From: an uncultured virus (IMG/VR IMGVR_UViG_3300025124_000003)
Lineage: Duplodnaviria > Heunggongvirae > Uroviricota > Caudoviricetes
Reading direction: 5' to 3' (one strand)
Virus record (IMG/VR): IMGVR_UViG_3300025124_000003
DNA length: 64,000 nucleotides
Part shown: positions 1-9,587 of the stretch, one piece after another
Layout of the letters: each line of letters starts with the position of its first letter
Position numbering within the stretch: position 1 is the first letter of the stretch
Translations under genes and position numbers: made by a program
Notes under the pieces: model-generated
Told to the model about the DNA's origin: nothing
The model's input: only the letters and a program-made list of their open reading frames with translations
Databases searched by the model: none

Positions 1-1396
1 CCGCATCATTAAATGTTTTAACTCGTATAGCCCAATTGTCCGGCTCGTCGTCTAACTCTGCCTTTCTATACATCAATTCTGTATTACGTTCAAAGTGTTC
101 TCTAAGATCAAGTTGAACATAACCATCTTTCATCAATGTAGTATACATGGTATTTGCCTGAGAGGTCATACCAAACACACCAGTTGAAGGTTTAGCAGCA
201 TCAAGCATGTTCCCTGAATAAGCATCCGTACCGCTACCATCAAACTGCCAATTATCAAATGTTATAGATCCCGTTACCGTTGCCGGAATATAAACCGCAT
301 ATTTTCCACTATAAGTATTAAATGTTAAATCAACACAATTAGTTGCCGTTGATGTAGAATCTATATATAACGATCCCGTGACAGTCTCAATACTGGCAGA
401 AATTGTATTATTCTCAAAAGTACTTGAATATGGATATACTGCATTACAACCAATAAAATTATTGCTTGTTACAGTATCATCAGAGGAAAACTCAGGCAAT
501 CGACAATTAATGAAACTGTTACCAGTTAGTGATATAGGTACACCAGTGTCCGTACCATTAAAATCAAAAGGATTTCCTGATGCTTTTATAACACATTGGT
601 TAAATGATGCATCGGTTACACCGGTTCCCTCAACCACGATTATATTGAATTTACCATCGGCCATAGGCGATCCGTCATATATGATAACTTCATCACTATC
701 AGCGTAATCCGTATTGTTTGCACCAGTGGCATCACCTATACCATAAGAACCTGCGAGGAAATAAACAGAGTTAACCTTTCTTATTACACCATATGCTGTT
801 GTGGTTGTATTCTGTGCCTGATATACCTCTTCTATACCATACGGGCTTACACCTCCAACATCACCATATGTAATCAAACTATCCAACCTATGCAAATGAT
901 CTATATATGTAGTGGGAATATTCTTTGAAGCGGCTGTTGTCGTGATATCCAAACCGATCCCGGTGATGGATGTCATGGTAGGTTTTGTTCCGCTGGTTTG
1001 TGTTGTGTCAGTGTCAACAGCAATCATATACCAACCACCGGGGTACGTGTCCCCTCCTAATACATTCCAGTACGCTGTGTTTACACCATTGGTTATATAA
1101 AATCTAATACCACCTAATGCTTGAGAAGCAAATTGTTGAGACGACAAGAACCACAATCGTATAATAGGAGATCCTACTGTTAAATTAACGGAGGTCGTTG
1201 GTGAAAAATTCAGCTGATAGTTTGAGATAGTTCTTATTGTATAAGCGATACACGCGGGTGTACCACCACCACCATCAAATTTATAAAAATCTGTTTCAAT
1301 GGTTCTGGCATTACCGCCAGTCCACGTCCCACCACTGGTTAATGAATCACAGTTACTTAATAGTGAATAATTACTGGTATTTACTGTTACCGCCAT
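1..1396 (-). CDS. Virion/tail structural protein, partial (runs off the left edge)
   Basis: Not in the ORF track. Open frame read manually from ATG at 1396 (MAVTVNTSNYSLLSNCDSLTSGGTWTGG...) to the window edge. T/G/N/S-rich with beta-helix-like stretches (NSFINC, NNFIGC). Co-oriented with the late operon. Confidence 0.65.
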   Translation of the reverse strand, partial: MAVTVNTSNYSLLSNCDSLTSGGTWTGGNARTIETDFYKFDGGGGTPACIAYTIRTISNYQLNFSPTTSVNLTVGSPIIRLWFLSSQQFASQALGGIRFYITNGVNTAYWNVLGGDTYPGGWYMIAVDTDTTQTSGTKPTMTSITGIGLDITTTAASKNIPTTYIDHLHRLDSLITYGDVGGVSPYGIEEVYQAQNTTTTAYGVIRKVNSVYFLAGSYGIGDATGANNTDYADSDEVIIYDGSPMADGKFNIIVVEGTGVTDASFNQCVIKASGNPFDFNGTDTGVPISLTGNSFINCRLPEFSSDDTVTSNNFIGCNAVYPYSSTFENNTISASIETVTGSLYIDSTSTATNCVDLTFNTYSGKYAVYIPATVTGSITFDNWQFDGSGTDAYSGNMLDAAKPSTGVFGMTSQANTMYTTLMKDGYVQLDLREHFERNTELMYRKAELDDEPDNWAIRVKTFNDA

Positions 1397-1399
1397 AAC

Positions 1400-2527
1400 C
1401 TATAATTCCCTTTCATGAACCAGTTCATCTACACAATCTTCCAAACCATTCAAAGCATTCAAAGCATCAAAATATCTACTGCGGTGATAAATGACGCCAC
1501 CAAGGATATCTGCCGCAATTCGTAACAAAGTGGCATCCTCGTCCTTCCAAATACGTGTTCCGTTCTGATAGTCAAATCCAATAAAACCCCACCAGCTACC
1601 ATCAACAAAAACAGGGACAGCGCAAACCAAGACCTCATCCGAGCATTTACATGCATGTTTATTGGGACACAAATCACAATCTATAATACTCCCCTCAACA
1701 GACAAACCATGTTCCATTTTAGAACGCCATTCCGGTAATAAATCATAATTAATACAATCAGTTAAATCACCAGAATCACAATAATCCCTTTGTTTGTTAT
1801 GAAAAACACTCTGTCGGATTGAACAGATACAATCACCCCTTATTTCATTTTTAAAAATATATACCCTGCTAGCACCTATTGCTCTACCGAGATCACCAAG
1901 GATCAAATTAACAGCAGAACTCCAATTCCTATGATTAACTAATATTTTACTCATTTCTGATATAGCGTGGTATATAGTAGATCGTCTCTCTAATGTGGTT
2001 TTAATCTTCTCCACAGAGGTTATATCTCTTGATACACGAACGACACCAAGTATCTCTTTACCCATTGTTGTGTTAATATATATAGGATTAACCGTGACAG
2101 CCACTATTTTACCTCGAATCGGAATAGTTGCTTCTTGATGAACTCCGGTTTCAAAGCATCTTTCTACAGGACATACGTCACTTGGTATACCCGAAATGCT
2201 TCTAAAATCAGACCATCTCATACCCAGATATTCTATATGACCAACCTCTCTTTCCATGCAATCATGGAAAGAATTGTTAGCCTTTGTTATACACATATCC
2301 CTGTCAATTAATACTATGTTATCGATGATTGAATCAAAAGTCCGATCCCATTCGAGGCGAGTTTTTTCGAGTTCCTCGTCTTTTTTTACCAACTGTAATC
2401 TCAACTCTTCAAGGTCATCAAGATCTTTTTTGATATCTGGCATAGGAGTTTCCTGATGTTCCTTTTCTATCATTGATTTAACCTTTCTTTCGCCGATACG
2501 TCTCGATAAATTATCAATCCACCCCAT
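1400..2527 (-). CDS. Coiled coil + PAS + GAF sensor-like protein without an output domain
   Basis: PAS start EWDRTFDSIIDNIVLID...ANNSF and PAC end GVVRVSRDIT. GAF features LGRAIGASRVYIF, AVPVFVDGSWWGFIGFD, WKDEDATLLRIAADILG. 14 Cys. Confidence 0.85.
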   Translation of the reverse strand: MGWIDNLSRRIGERKVKSMIEKEHQETPMPDIKKDLDDLEELRLQLVKKDEELEKTRLEWDRTFDSIIDNIVLIDRDMCITKANNSFHDCMEREVGHIEYLGMRWSDFRSISGIPSDVCPVERCFETGVHQEATIPIRGKIVAVTVNPIYINTTMGKEILGVVRVSRDITSVEKIKTTLERRSTIYHAISEMSKILVNHRNWSSAVNLILGDLGRAIGASRVYIFKNEIRGDCICSIRQSVFHNKQRDYCDSGDLTDCINYDLLPEWRSKMEHGLSVEGSIIDCDLCPNKHACKCSDEVLVCAVPVFVDGSWWGFIGFDYQNGTRIWKDEDATLLRIAADILGGVIYHRSRYFDALNALNGLEDCVDELVHEREL

Positions 2528-2895
2528 TAGCTAATATCCCCCTTTATATTCAAAATATTTAGTGAGCTAGGGGATATCATACCGACTGGCTGCTCTGTCT
2601 GTGATGGATGTTTGTAGGTTTCAGGGGGGCTACTATGTCTAGCGGTAGTTAACTGGTATACAATAAAACCCCCCATAATAGTAGTCACCAAAGATGCTAT
2701 AATACCTGCAACCGTACCTACAACACCAGCTTTAACCTTTAGCGTAGTTGTTTCAACTAAAAATTCTTCTCTGTGTTTTGTAGTACGACCCTCTAACAAT
2801 TCCACTTTCTTCTCTAATTTTTCAAGGGACTCTTTTACCTGCATTGACCATTGCTTCCAGCCTTCGGAATGAATGGGCGTTTTGTCATCTGACAT
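2527..2895 (-). CDS. Coiled coil + single-TM membrane protein (holin/XhlA-like layout)
   Basis: N-terminal coiled coil followed by hydrophobic AGVVGTVAGIIASLVTTIMGGFIVY. Confidence 0.45.
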   Translation of the reverse strand: MSDDKTPIHSEGWKQWSMQVKESLEKLEKKVELLEGRTTKHREEFLVETTTLKVKAGVVGTVAGIIASLVTTIMGGFIVYQLTTARHSSPPETYKHPSQTEQPVGMISPSSLNILNIKGDIS

Positions 2896-2908
2896 AACTA
2901 CCTCTCTC

Positions 2909-4024
2909 TTATTTTTCTAGGTGGTTCGCCCAGATCAAACAGCCATGCGCAACCGCCGCCAACCTATTTTTAGCCGGGATAACTTCTGTTACCTTGAACG
3001 GCAAGTTAACGTTTTTAAGCTCTTCTTGAAATAAATCAATAAACCCCTCTGGAATACTCGTTCCACCTGAAATAACAATCGGAATTGGATCAATAACATT
3101 AATATCACTTGTTGTAGTAAATGCTCTGAGTACCTCTTTTAGGGTATTCTTAATCACGTATCTATAAGTAAAAATCAACGCTCTAATTTCAGGAGAGGCA
3201 GAAAATTCATCAGCTGTCAAAACTAATTCCTTCTCTTTAATATGATTTATTACAGAAGTGGAAATTCCACACGCTTTTGCTGATTCTGTATCAATAAAAT
3301 CACCTGATTTTCCTATGCTGAATTCAAACAACAACATAGATTTATACACAAAACACACATTTACTAAACCTGCGCCGAAAGAAAACCCTAATCCAGTAAC
3401 ATCATCAGTACTTTCCATCTCAGAAAGAATTACAGCATACGCTTCGTTTAAAGGTACCGCATTAAGTCCAAAGGTTTTTGCCAATGACTGTATAGACATA
3501 GAGTGATAATCAACGTTAAATCCTTCATCACCAATCTTTTGTGCAGGCACAGAAAAAACTATTGTCTCTCCTTCTCGATTTATGAATGGTTGTACACAAT
3601 ATCTGAACATTTCTTTTAAAATAGGTGCAGCATTCCTTTCTTTAGGGTTAATTACACCTTCACTCAAAGGACGAGAGGCAGAAGTATTTCTAATCTTGGC
3701 AAGAGTTAACGCATCCTCACCAATAACATGAACACTACCACCTATTTCTATATATTTCATACTACCCTTATCAAACATTGAACGATTAAATGTATCTTTA
3801 TCTAAAGTATAAAATGCGTCCCTGAGAGGTGCGAATTTTACTTTTGCTCCATCATAACCCGCGCCAACAAGAAACCCTGTACCAACATCTAATCCAATAC
3901 CCGGCTTGTTTTTCTTAGCCTTAGTTTCACTTTTCACAACGGTTCTTTTTTCGGTAACAGTTTGTGTATCACTCATTTCTATTTTCTCCTTATCCTGAAA
4001 TATCATATTGTCGATATCATACAT
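2909..4024 (-). CDS. Actin/MreB/FtsA-superfamily ATPase
   Basis: Phosphate-1 GLDVGTG, connect-1 LNEAYA, phosphate-2 FSFGAG, adenosine motif ISGGTS, connect-2 AVAHG. Confidence 0.85.
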   Translation of the reverse strand: MYDIDNMIFQDKEKIEMSDTQTVTEKRTVVKSETKAKKNKPGIGLDVGTGFLVGAGYDGAKVKFAPLRDAFYTLDKDTFNRSMFDKGSMKYIEIGGSVHVIGEDALTLAKIRNTSASRPLSEGVINPKERNAAPILKEMFRYCVQPFINREGETIVFSVPAQKIGDEGFNVDYHSMSIQSLAKTFGLNAVPLNEAYAVILSEMESTDDVTGLGFSFGAGLVNVCFVYKSMLLFEFSIGKSGDFIDTESAKACGISTSVINHIKEKELVLTADEFSASPEIRALIFTYRYVIKNTLKEVLRAFTTTSDINVIDPIPIVISGGTSIPEGFIDLFQEELKNVNLPFKVTEVIPAKNRLAAVAHGCLIWANHLEK

Positions 4025-4046
4025 ATTTACACCTTAGAAATTGCTC

Positions 4047-4484
4047 TTATATCTTATTCAATCTTTGATATACCTGTTTCTTTAATAGATCGTTAAATTC
4101 TTTCTCCATTTTACTATCAGAAAGGGACATATTAACTACAGTATAAACACCAAAATTTGATGGTATTTCTGACACCTTCATTTTATATTTGTTCGCAATA
4201 TAACGTGATACAGTCTTAGATGCTTTAATAACAACTTCTCTTATGGCTTTTATTTCCTCATCAGTGAAACCTTCACTATCTAACACATCTCGCATAGCGT
4301 CGGCATTCAATCCAAGTTCACCATCAATTGAATTAACATCGACAAAAATACCTAATAGTTTATCAATAAAACTAGATTTTTTTATTAAAGCTTTTCTTTT
4401 AGTTTTACCATCAAACAAAGATTTAAGTACTTTATCAATATCCATTTCCACCAAATATCTATCTATAACTTCATCTATTTTCAT
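4047..4484 (-). CDS. Hypothetical protein with putative head-targeting leader (..RYLVE)
   Basis: ORF with GGAG SD; N-terminus MKIDEVIDRYLVE. Confidence 0.6.
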   Translation of the reverse strand: MKIDEVIDRYLVEMDIDKVLKSLFDGKTKRKALIKKSSFIDKLLGIFVDVNSIDGELGLNADAMRDVLDSEGFTDEEIKAIREVVIKASKTVSRYIANKYKMKVSEIPSNFGVYTVVNMSLSDSKMEKEFNDLLKKQVYQRLNKI

Positions 4485-4493
4485 AAAAACTCC

Positions 4494-4727
4494 TTAGAAA
4501 TTACTCTTCACGTCATCGTCTTGTAACTCAAAAAATGGAACATGAAATTTCTCATCATCTTTTGTATTTATAACTTCTTTATGGTCATTATATACACGCC
4601 GAATCTCATTTTCGACAATATCTTCACGGACGACTTCTTTGACGGGGAGTTTGTCCTCTGGCACCAAACCAAATAACAACATTTTAAGTTTATCCCCAAA
4701 TGTCAAGTTTAACTTTACATATTTCAT
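4494..4727 (-). CDS. Hypothetical protein
   Basis: ATGA-coupled ORF in the minus-strand operon. Confidence 0.6.
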   Translation of the reverse strand: MKYVKLNLTFGDKLKMLLFGLVPEDKLPVKEVVREDIVENEIRRVYNDHKEVINTKDDEKFHVPFFELQDDDVKSNF

Positions 4728-5242
4728 CGTCTTGATTTGAATATACCTGTCTCCAACCCCTGTGCAATTCTTTGTTTTGCCCCTTTAAACTTTTGAACAA
4801 GATTGGTTCTTAATTTTTTACTAAAATCTTTAGACCATGTACTAACAATGACACTTTCTATATCCTCTAATGGCACTTCTATAGGGTTTTGTATATAATA
4901 AGCAGGGCTAAAGAAATACCTCCTAACCGCCGTCTGTAGATAGGGATATTGTCTCTTCACCCTCTCATAGGTGAACTGAAAACTTCCACCTGTAGTTTCC
5001 CATTCCCTGACCCATGACTTTGCAAATTGTCTGCGATGAGACCTATCTATATAAGTGAAATTTATTCCCTGAAAAAATCTCCACTCATGACCAGTGTTAG
5101 GATGTGTACCACTCAACGCATACATTAGAATTATCACAGGTTCTGGATCATTCGACCATGCCTGATATTTAAATTTATAGATATGACCAGAACGCCATGC
5201 GACATTCTGGAAATTCTTTCTCATGATTACCCTAATAGCCAT
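4724..5242 (-). CDS. T4 gp2-like DNA end protector
   Basis: GHIYKFKY...P.II...FQGINFTYI...YERVK...AVRRY pattern resembles gp2; adjacent to gp4 as in T4-like phages. Confidence 0.6.
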   Translation of the reverse strand: MAIRVIMRKNFQNVAWRSGHIYKFKYQAWSNDPEPVIILMYALSGTHPNTGHEWRFFQGINFTYIDRSHRRQFAKSWVREWETTGGSFQFTYERVKRQYPYLQTAVRRYFFSPAYYIQNPIEVPLEDIESVIVSTWSKDFSKKLRTNLVQKFKGAKQRIAQGLETGIFKSRR

Positions 5243-5718
5243 TATAATTTCCCAAATAATTCCTTTTCCGTGATTATTTTAAATATCCAGCCCTTCTTAA
5301 AACAGTATACGTCGGCTGCTTTCCATTTAGCCTGATTAACCAACCAAGATTTGTTCTCAGTCATAATTGTCTTTCGAGATTTATTCTTGTTTTTTGTTGG
5401 TGGTTTTGTATACTTAAAGGGCTTGACCTCAATAAGATATATCTCATCATGTATTGTCTCAATCACATAATCAGGCCAATAGGTCTTGAAATGTGGTTTA
5501 TTATTCTTGATGGGCTGAATGGGGTCTTGATATCTAATCGAAACCTCTTCGCTCGCCCAAGATTTGATGCCTCCTGAGTGATCAGCCCATCGACAGAATA
5601 CCTCTTCCCAACCCGATCTACATATAATGGGTGGTTTGCCTTTATACTTCTCAGGGTATACAGGGACATACTTTGTACAACCTGATGTTATATGACTCTT
5701 AATAGAACGATTGTTCAT
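5242..5718 (-). CDS. T4 gp4-like head completion nuclease (TnsA-N fold)
   Basis: PEKYKG..IICRSGWE, WASEE, YWPDY, LIEVKP, NQAKWKAA, FKIITEKEL. Confidence 0.9.
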   Translation of the reverse strand: MNNRSIKSHITSGCTKYVPVYPEKYKGKPPIICRSGWEEVFCRWADHSGGIKSWASEEVSIRYQDPIQPIKNNKPHFKTYWPDYVIETIHDEIYLIEVKPFKYTKPPTKNKNKSRKTIMTENKSWLVNQAKWKAADVYCFKKGWIFKIITEKELFGKL

Positions 5719-6098
5719 TATTTATCGGCTTTGTCTTTTTTAGATCCTTTCTTGTGTTCCTCTTTTTCTTCTTTATCAGACTCAGAGTCTTCATGTTTTT
5801 TGGACTCACCCTCTTCCCCATCACCATCATCACCATCTTTCTTCTTTTTCGCTTCAATGGCCTTCTTCAATGCGGGTGGTAGTTCACCTTCGTTGGTTTT
5901 TTTCTCACCTTTGCCAGAAGTCCACTCTTTTTTAATCTCATCAAAGAATTTCTTCTTCTTTTCGTCATCAAGTTCAGAAGGTGAAGATATATTATATGCC
6001 TTCAACTTCTTTTTGAAAAATTTTTGGTACTCAGTTTCCTCGTTGATATCCTCAACAGTATAACCAACAAACATATCAATCTTATTCAATAAATCCAT
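5718..6098 (-). CDS. Highly charged putative prohead/internal protein
   Basis: ATG at 6098 after GGAGG. EYQKFFKKKLK...SPSEL...KKKFF motif, K/E/D-rich tail, INEE possible cleavage site. Confidence 0.6.
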   Translation of the reverse strand: MDLLNKIDMFVGYTVEDINEETEYQKFFKKKLKAYNISSPSELDDEKKKKFFDEIKKEWTSGKGEKKTNEGELPPALKKAIEAKKKKDGDDGDGEEGESKKHEDSESDKEEKEEHKKGSKKDKADK

Positions 6099-6287
6099 TT
6101 TATCCTCCAATAAGCCTCATTTTTTTATTTCACTATGAATCAGTTTATCTTGTAATTTTCTTATTCCTGTATCCATTTTTGATGTATCGTCATACCAACG
6201 TTTCAAAGTATCGTTGGATCTGTGAGTGTTTTAGTGTCAACATCCATATTCAACCCAATCGTTTTAATAGCCTTCCGATTTTACTAA

Positions 6288-6797
6288 TTATATTATTCCT
6301 CCTTTACCTTGTAACCTTTCAGCATTATATTCATCAGGGTTTTGTTTTTTCCATTGTGACCAACCCTTTACGTATTTACCGCTTATAAGTAATATCCAAA
6401 ACAAAGAATACACAATAGTTTTAGTTATATCCATGTCCTGCATTTTGAACAGTTTATCAATCTCTAACCAAACCGTTAATGCCGGATAAAATGCTAAGGT
6501 AGGAAATGCCTCTGTTTTAACTACATCCCACCAATGAGCAAGGTCTTCGTTAATCAATTCATCCGATTCTTTCAATCTTTCTTTTTTTAGTTGGTTTAGA
6601 TTACGAAAATGTGTACCAAAGGCTTTGTTGATCAGAGATATAACCTGTTCTTCTATACCACTGGATATCGATGCATGCACAAACTTATCAAATTCATTTT
6701 TAAGGAAATTCTTTGACTTTGAAAAATCCATTTTTTTTAAAAATGATTTGGATTTATCTATCATATTTTCGTTTAAAATAAATGTACCAAATTTCAT
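6288..6797 (-). CDS. Head-targeting-tagged protein with two hydrophobic segments
   Basis: MKFGTFILNE leader; AFPTLAFYPALTVWL and IVYSLFWILLISG segments; CATAAATA late-like promoter upstream. Confidence 0.65.
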   Translation of the reverse strand: MKFGTFILNENMIDKSKSFLKKMDFSKSKNFLKNEFDKFVHASISSGIEEQVISLINKAFGTHFRNLNQLKKERLKESDELINEDLAHWWDVVKTEAFPTLAFYPALTVWLEIDKLFKMQDMDITKTIVYSLFWILLISGKYVKGWSQWKKQNPDEYNAERLQGKGGII

Positions 6798-6839
6798 ATA
6801 TTAACTCCTCACTCTACCAGTTAAGTGTATTTATGTTTT

Positions 6840-6847
6840 TATAAATA
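6840..6847 (+). promoter_or_regulatory. T4-type late promoter TATAAATA
   Basis: Exact T4 late consensus about 40 nt before ATG 6886. A divergent CATAAATA lies on the minus strand at about 6828-6835. Confidence 0.75.
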
Positions 6848-6885
6848 CATATGAACATTATATATTAAACGGAGGATTTTATAAT

Positions 6886-7380
6886 ATGGCCGACTTAGGA
6901 AAAAACGGTTATCAAGGAACGGGATACACAGAACCATTCATTACATCTATCCCTATAACATTAAACACTAAACTTGATTCGTTGGACTATGATGGATTAG
7001 GTGTAGGTATAGTATCAATAGACAACACTGAATGGAAAAACTCAGGATTATTTCTAAGAGTTGATACGGGTGTTATAGCAGGAACAACATTCACTGCAAA
7101 TTTTGTGAATTTTGATACCAGAATGGACACCGGTTTTACTGGTATAGGTCGATTTGTTATCACTGACGGCTCTAATGTTGCAACAGTAACTTCAATATAC
7201 AGAAACAACAAAACAGGCGTGTATGATATAACAGTTGATAGTAATTTGACAGTTACTGATGGACAATCATGCCCTGTAGTCGGTCGTAAACCTGATATAG
7301 GGGCTGATTCGGTAATATCAGCATCAAGAAATTATATAGCAGGGGAAAAGGTACTAGAGAGTTACGCTTTAGAGGCATAA
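6886..7380 (+). CDS. Putative virion structural protein
   Basis: Late promoter, GGAGG SD, T/G/D-rich beta-type sequence. Confidence 0.55.
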   Translation: MADLGKNGYQGTGYTEPFITSIPITLNTKLDSLDYDGLGVGIVSIDNTEWKNSGLFLRVDTGVIAGTTFTANFVNFDTRMDTGFTGIGRFVITDGSNVATVTSIYRNNKTGVYDITVDSNLTVTDGQSCPVVGRKPDIGADSVISASRNYIAGEKVLESYALEA

Positions 7381-7751
7381 TGAAATATATAATATCAATA
7401 ATTAGTGTATTACTCTTTATATTAATACCGAGTTGTGATGTATCTAATCCAACACCTCTGGATATTAGAAAAGGAGATCCTTTATATAAACAAAGAATTG
7501 AACAGTTTGGGTCAAATACCCCAATTAATTTTGAGATAATAATACCCGAGCATAGACTAATAGTAAGAAAAGATTTCATTAATACTGGATATTTTTTCTT
7601 TTCTGGTGTTGATAATAGACAAACAATTATAGTGCATAGCTTACTAGACTTTGAAGTAACAGGTCATGAATATGTACATATGGTTCTATACAATTATTAT
7701 GGTAAAGAAAAATATAACGACTTAATAAACAAAGGAAAGTTATATAAATGA
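7380..7751 (+). CDS. Lipoprotein with HExxH motif
   Basis: Signal peptide with lipobox-like IPSC; GHEYVH. Confidence 0.55.
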   Translation: MKYIISIISVLLFILIPSCDVSNPTPLDIRKGDPLYKQRIEQFGSNTPINFEIIIPEHRLIVRKDFINTGYFFFSGVDNRQTIIVHSLLDFEVTGHEYVHMVLYNYYGKEKYNDLINKGKLYK

Positions 7752-8440
7752 GGTTTGATAGATATTTAAATGAATTTTCACGTGAACGTTATGGTAAAGG
7801 TATTACCTTTGTTGATATCGACGAAACTATATTCAAGACCTTTGCTAAAGTATTAGTAAAAAAGAACGGTAAAGTTGTACGGGAGTTAACCAATACAGAA
7901 TATAATAGCTATAAATTAAAAGATGGTGAAGAGTACGACTTTCATCAATTTCGTAGTGCTAAGATATTTAGGGAAACGAGTATACCTATACCAAAAACAT
8001 TCACCAGAATTAGAAATATGATTGCTAAAATCAAAGAAATGGACTCTGGTAGTAAGATTATTTTTCTCACAGCAAGAGCATCATTTAATGATATGGATGA
8101 ATTTAAGAAAACGTTTATTCAAAATGGTGTCAATATCGATGGTAAGATTGTTGACGTTGAAATGTCAGGTGATGAGTGGAAGCCCGGAAAAACGATTGAT
8201 GGTGTTAAAAAAAATGTCATGTTAAGGTATATAAAAACCGGGGAATTCAGACGTGTTCGATTAATAGATGATCACAAACCTAACCTTAAAGCATTGAAGG
8301 ATATAGAAAAGAATCTTTCCAAGGACATAGAAGATAAGGTTATAAATAAATACAATTTGGATATAACAACAGAAAAAATACCACCTATTAGTTTCTATAC
8401 GTTATGGATCGACGATAAGGGAGACTTACACCTAATATGA
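7748..8440 (+). CDS. HAD-superfamily phosphatase with head-targeting leader
   Basis: MRFDRYLNE; HAD motifs FVDIDET, FLTAR, K, LIDD...NL. Confidence 0.8.
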   Translation: MRFDRYLNEFSRERYGKGITFVDIDETIFKTFAKVLVKKNGKVVRELTNTEYNSYKLKDGEEYDFHQFRSAKIFRETSIPIPKTFTRIRNMIAKIKEMDSGSKIIFLTARASFNDMDEFKKTFIQNGVNIDGKIVDVEMSGDEWKPGKTIDGVKKNVMLRYIKTGEFRRVRLIDDHKPNLKALKDIEKNLSKDIEDKVINKYNLDITTEKIPPISFYTLWIDDKGDLHLI

Positions 8441-8449
8441 GAGGATATT

Positions 8450-8902
8450 ATGAAGTTTAGCAACTATTTAACCGAGGCTAACCGCCGTAAAATATATTTT
8501 GCACATCCACGTGCATTTTATGACAAACCAGAAGAAAAAAAATCCATCAACATCATAACAGAAAAATTTCCAGAATTTATTATTGTTAATCCCAATGTTA
8601 ACTGGATACAAGGTCGAGTTGATGATATGGGGTTTGATATATTCTTTAAAGTTATTGATACAGTTGAACATGTATGTGCTATGACATTTAAAGACGGTAA
8701 AATGGGTAATGGTACATGGCGTGAATGTGAATATGCTGATAAAAATGGAAAAGATATTTATATTGTAAATCCTTGGAAGGACACTATCGAATTAACCAGT
8801 AAAAACTCAATAAAATGGCTGACCCCAGAAGAAACGTATGAGCGCATTCCCAAAAAAGAACAAAGTAAATGGAAGATGTACGAAGATAAATCAGGAATCT
8901 GA
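8450..8902 (+). CDS. Nucleoside 2-deoxyribosyltransferase-like protein with head-targeting leader
   Basis: MKFSNYLTE; KIYFAHP, IVNP, GTWRECEYA..GKDIY. Confidence 0.65.
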   Translation: MKFSNYLTEANRRKIYFAHPRAFYDKPEEKKSINIITEKFPEFIIVNPNVNWIQGRVDDMGFDIFFKVIDTVEHVCAMTFKDGKMGNGTWRECEYADKNGKDIYIVNPWKDTIELTSKNSIKWLTPEETYERIPKKEQSKWKMYEDKSGI

Positions 8903-8969
8903 CATGTAAATGATGTCATATAATCCTGATTGATAGTTATATTAATACAGTAGAAGGAGATTATAATTA

Positions 8970-9578
8970 ATGGATATTTTAAACAAAATTAATCAGAGAC
9001 TATACACCCATGAGGAATATAGAGACATGGAGATTGTATTAGAAATATCAATGATACTTGATGATAGCGCGAATATGAACGAGGCATTCGATCTCAATAC
9101 CCTTAAAAAAGGGGCTGGTGCCTTACTTAAAAGTATAGGTGGAGGGGCACATAAATCAGGTGACGGTCTTATTCAGGTCGCACTCAAATCTGGAAAGTTA
9201 ATGGCAGAATTTATCTGGCACACACTTCGGGCTGCTGCTGGTAATGAAGATTCAAAAGTTCGAATGAAAGAATTAGCCAACACCCAAATAACAAAAGAAC
9301 AGGTTTTGGATTTTCTTCTAAAACTTGATATGGCAACCCTTCATCTAGTATCGGGACCCTTACATCTCATAGACGCTGTTACTGGATGGCATATATGGGC
9401 ACACATAAAAACCAAAAGTGAAGATATGTTAACTAAAGCTAAAAATGCCATAACCAACCTAACAGATGCGGCAAAAGAGGCAGGCGATGAAGTTAAGAAT
9501 AAATTAAAGCAATTGATGCATGGCATAGCAAGATTATTCGGTCTTGATGATTTGCAGTCAGTAATTAAATCTATATAA
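8970..9578 (+). CDS. Helical putative internal virion protein (paralog of 13937-14458)
   Basis: MDILNKI leader; KEQVLDFLLKLDMATLHLVSGPLH aligns with KEDIISFIVNIDKTFLGITSIPRH. Confidence 0.6.
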   Translation: MDILNKINQRLYTHEEYRDMEIVLEISMILDDSANMNEAFDLNTLKKGAGALLKSIGGGAHKSGDGLIQVALKSGKLMAEFIWHTLRAAAGNEDSKVRMKELANTQITKEQVLDFLLKLDMATLHLVSGPLHLIDAVTGWHIWAHIKTKSEDMLTKAKNAITNLTDAAKEAGDEVKNKLKQLMHGIARLFGLDDLQSVIKSI

Positions 9579-9587
9579 AGGAGTGAA

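Noticed and set aside
5242..5718. Tn7 TnsA transposase
   Set aside because: Motifs and position next to a gp2-like gene fit the T4 gp4 head completion protein; no other Tn7 genes or ends.
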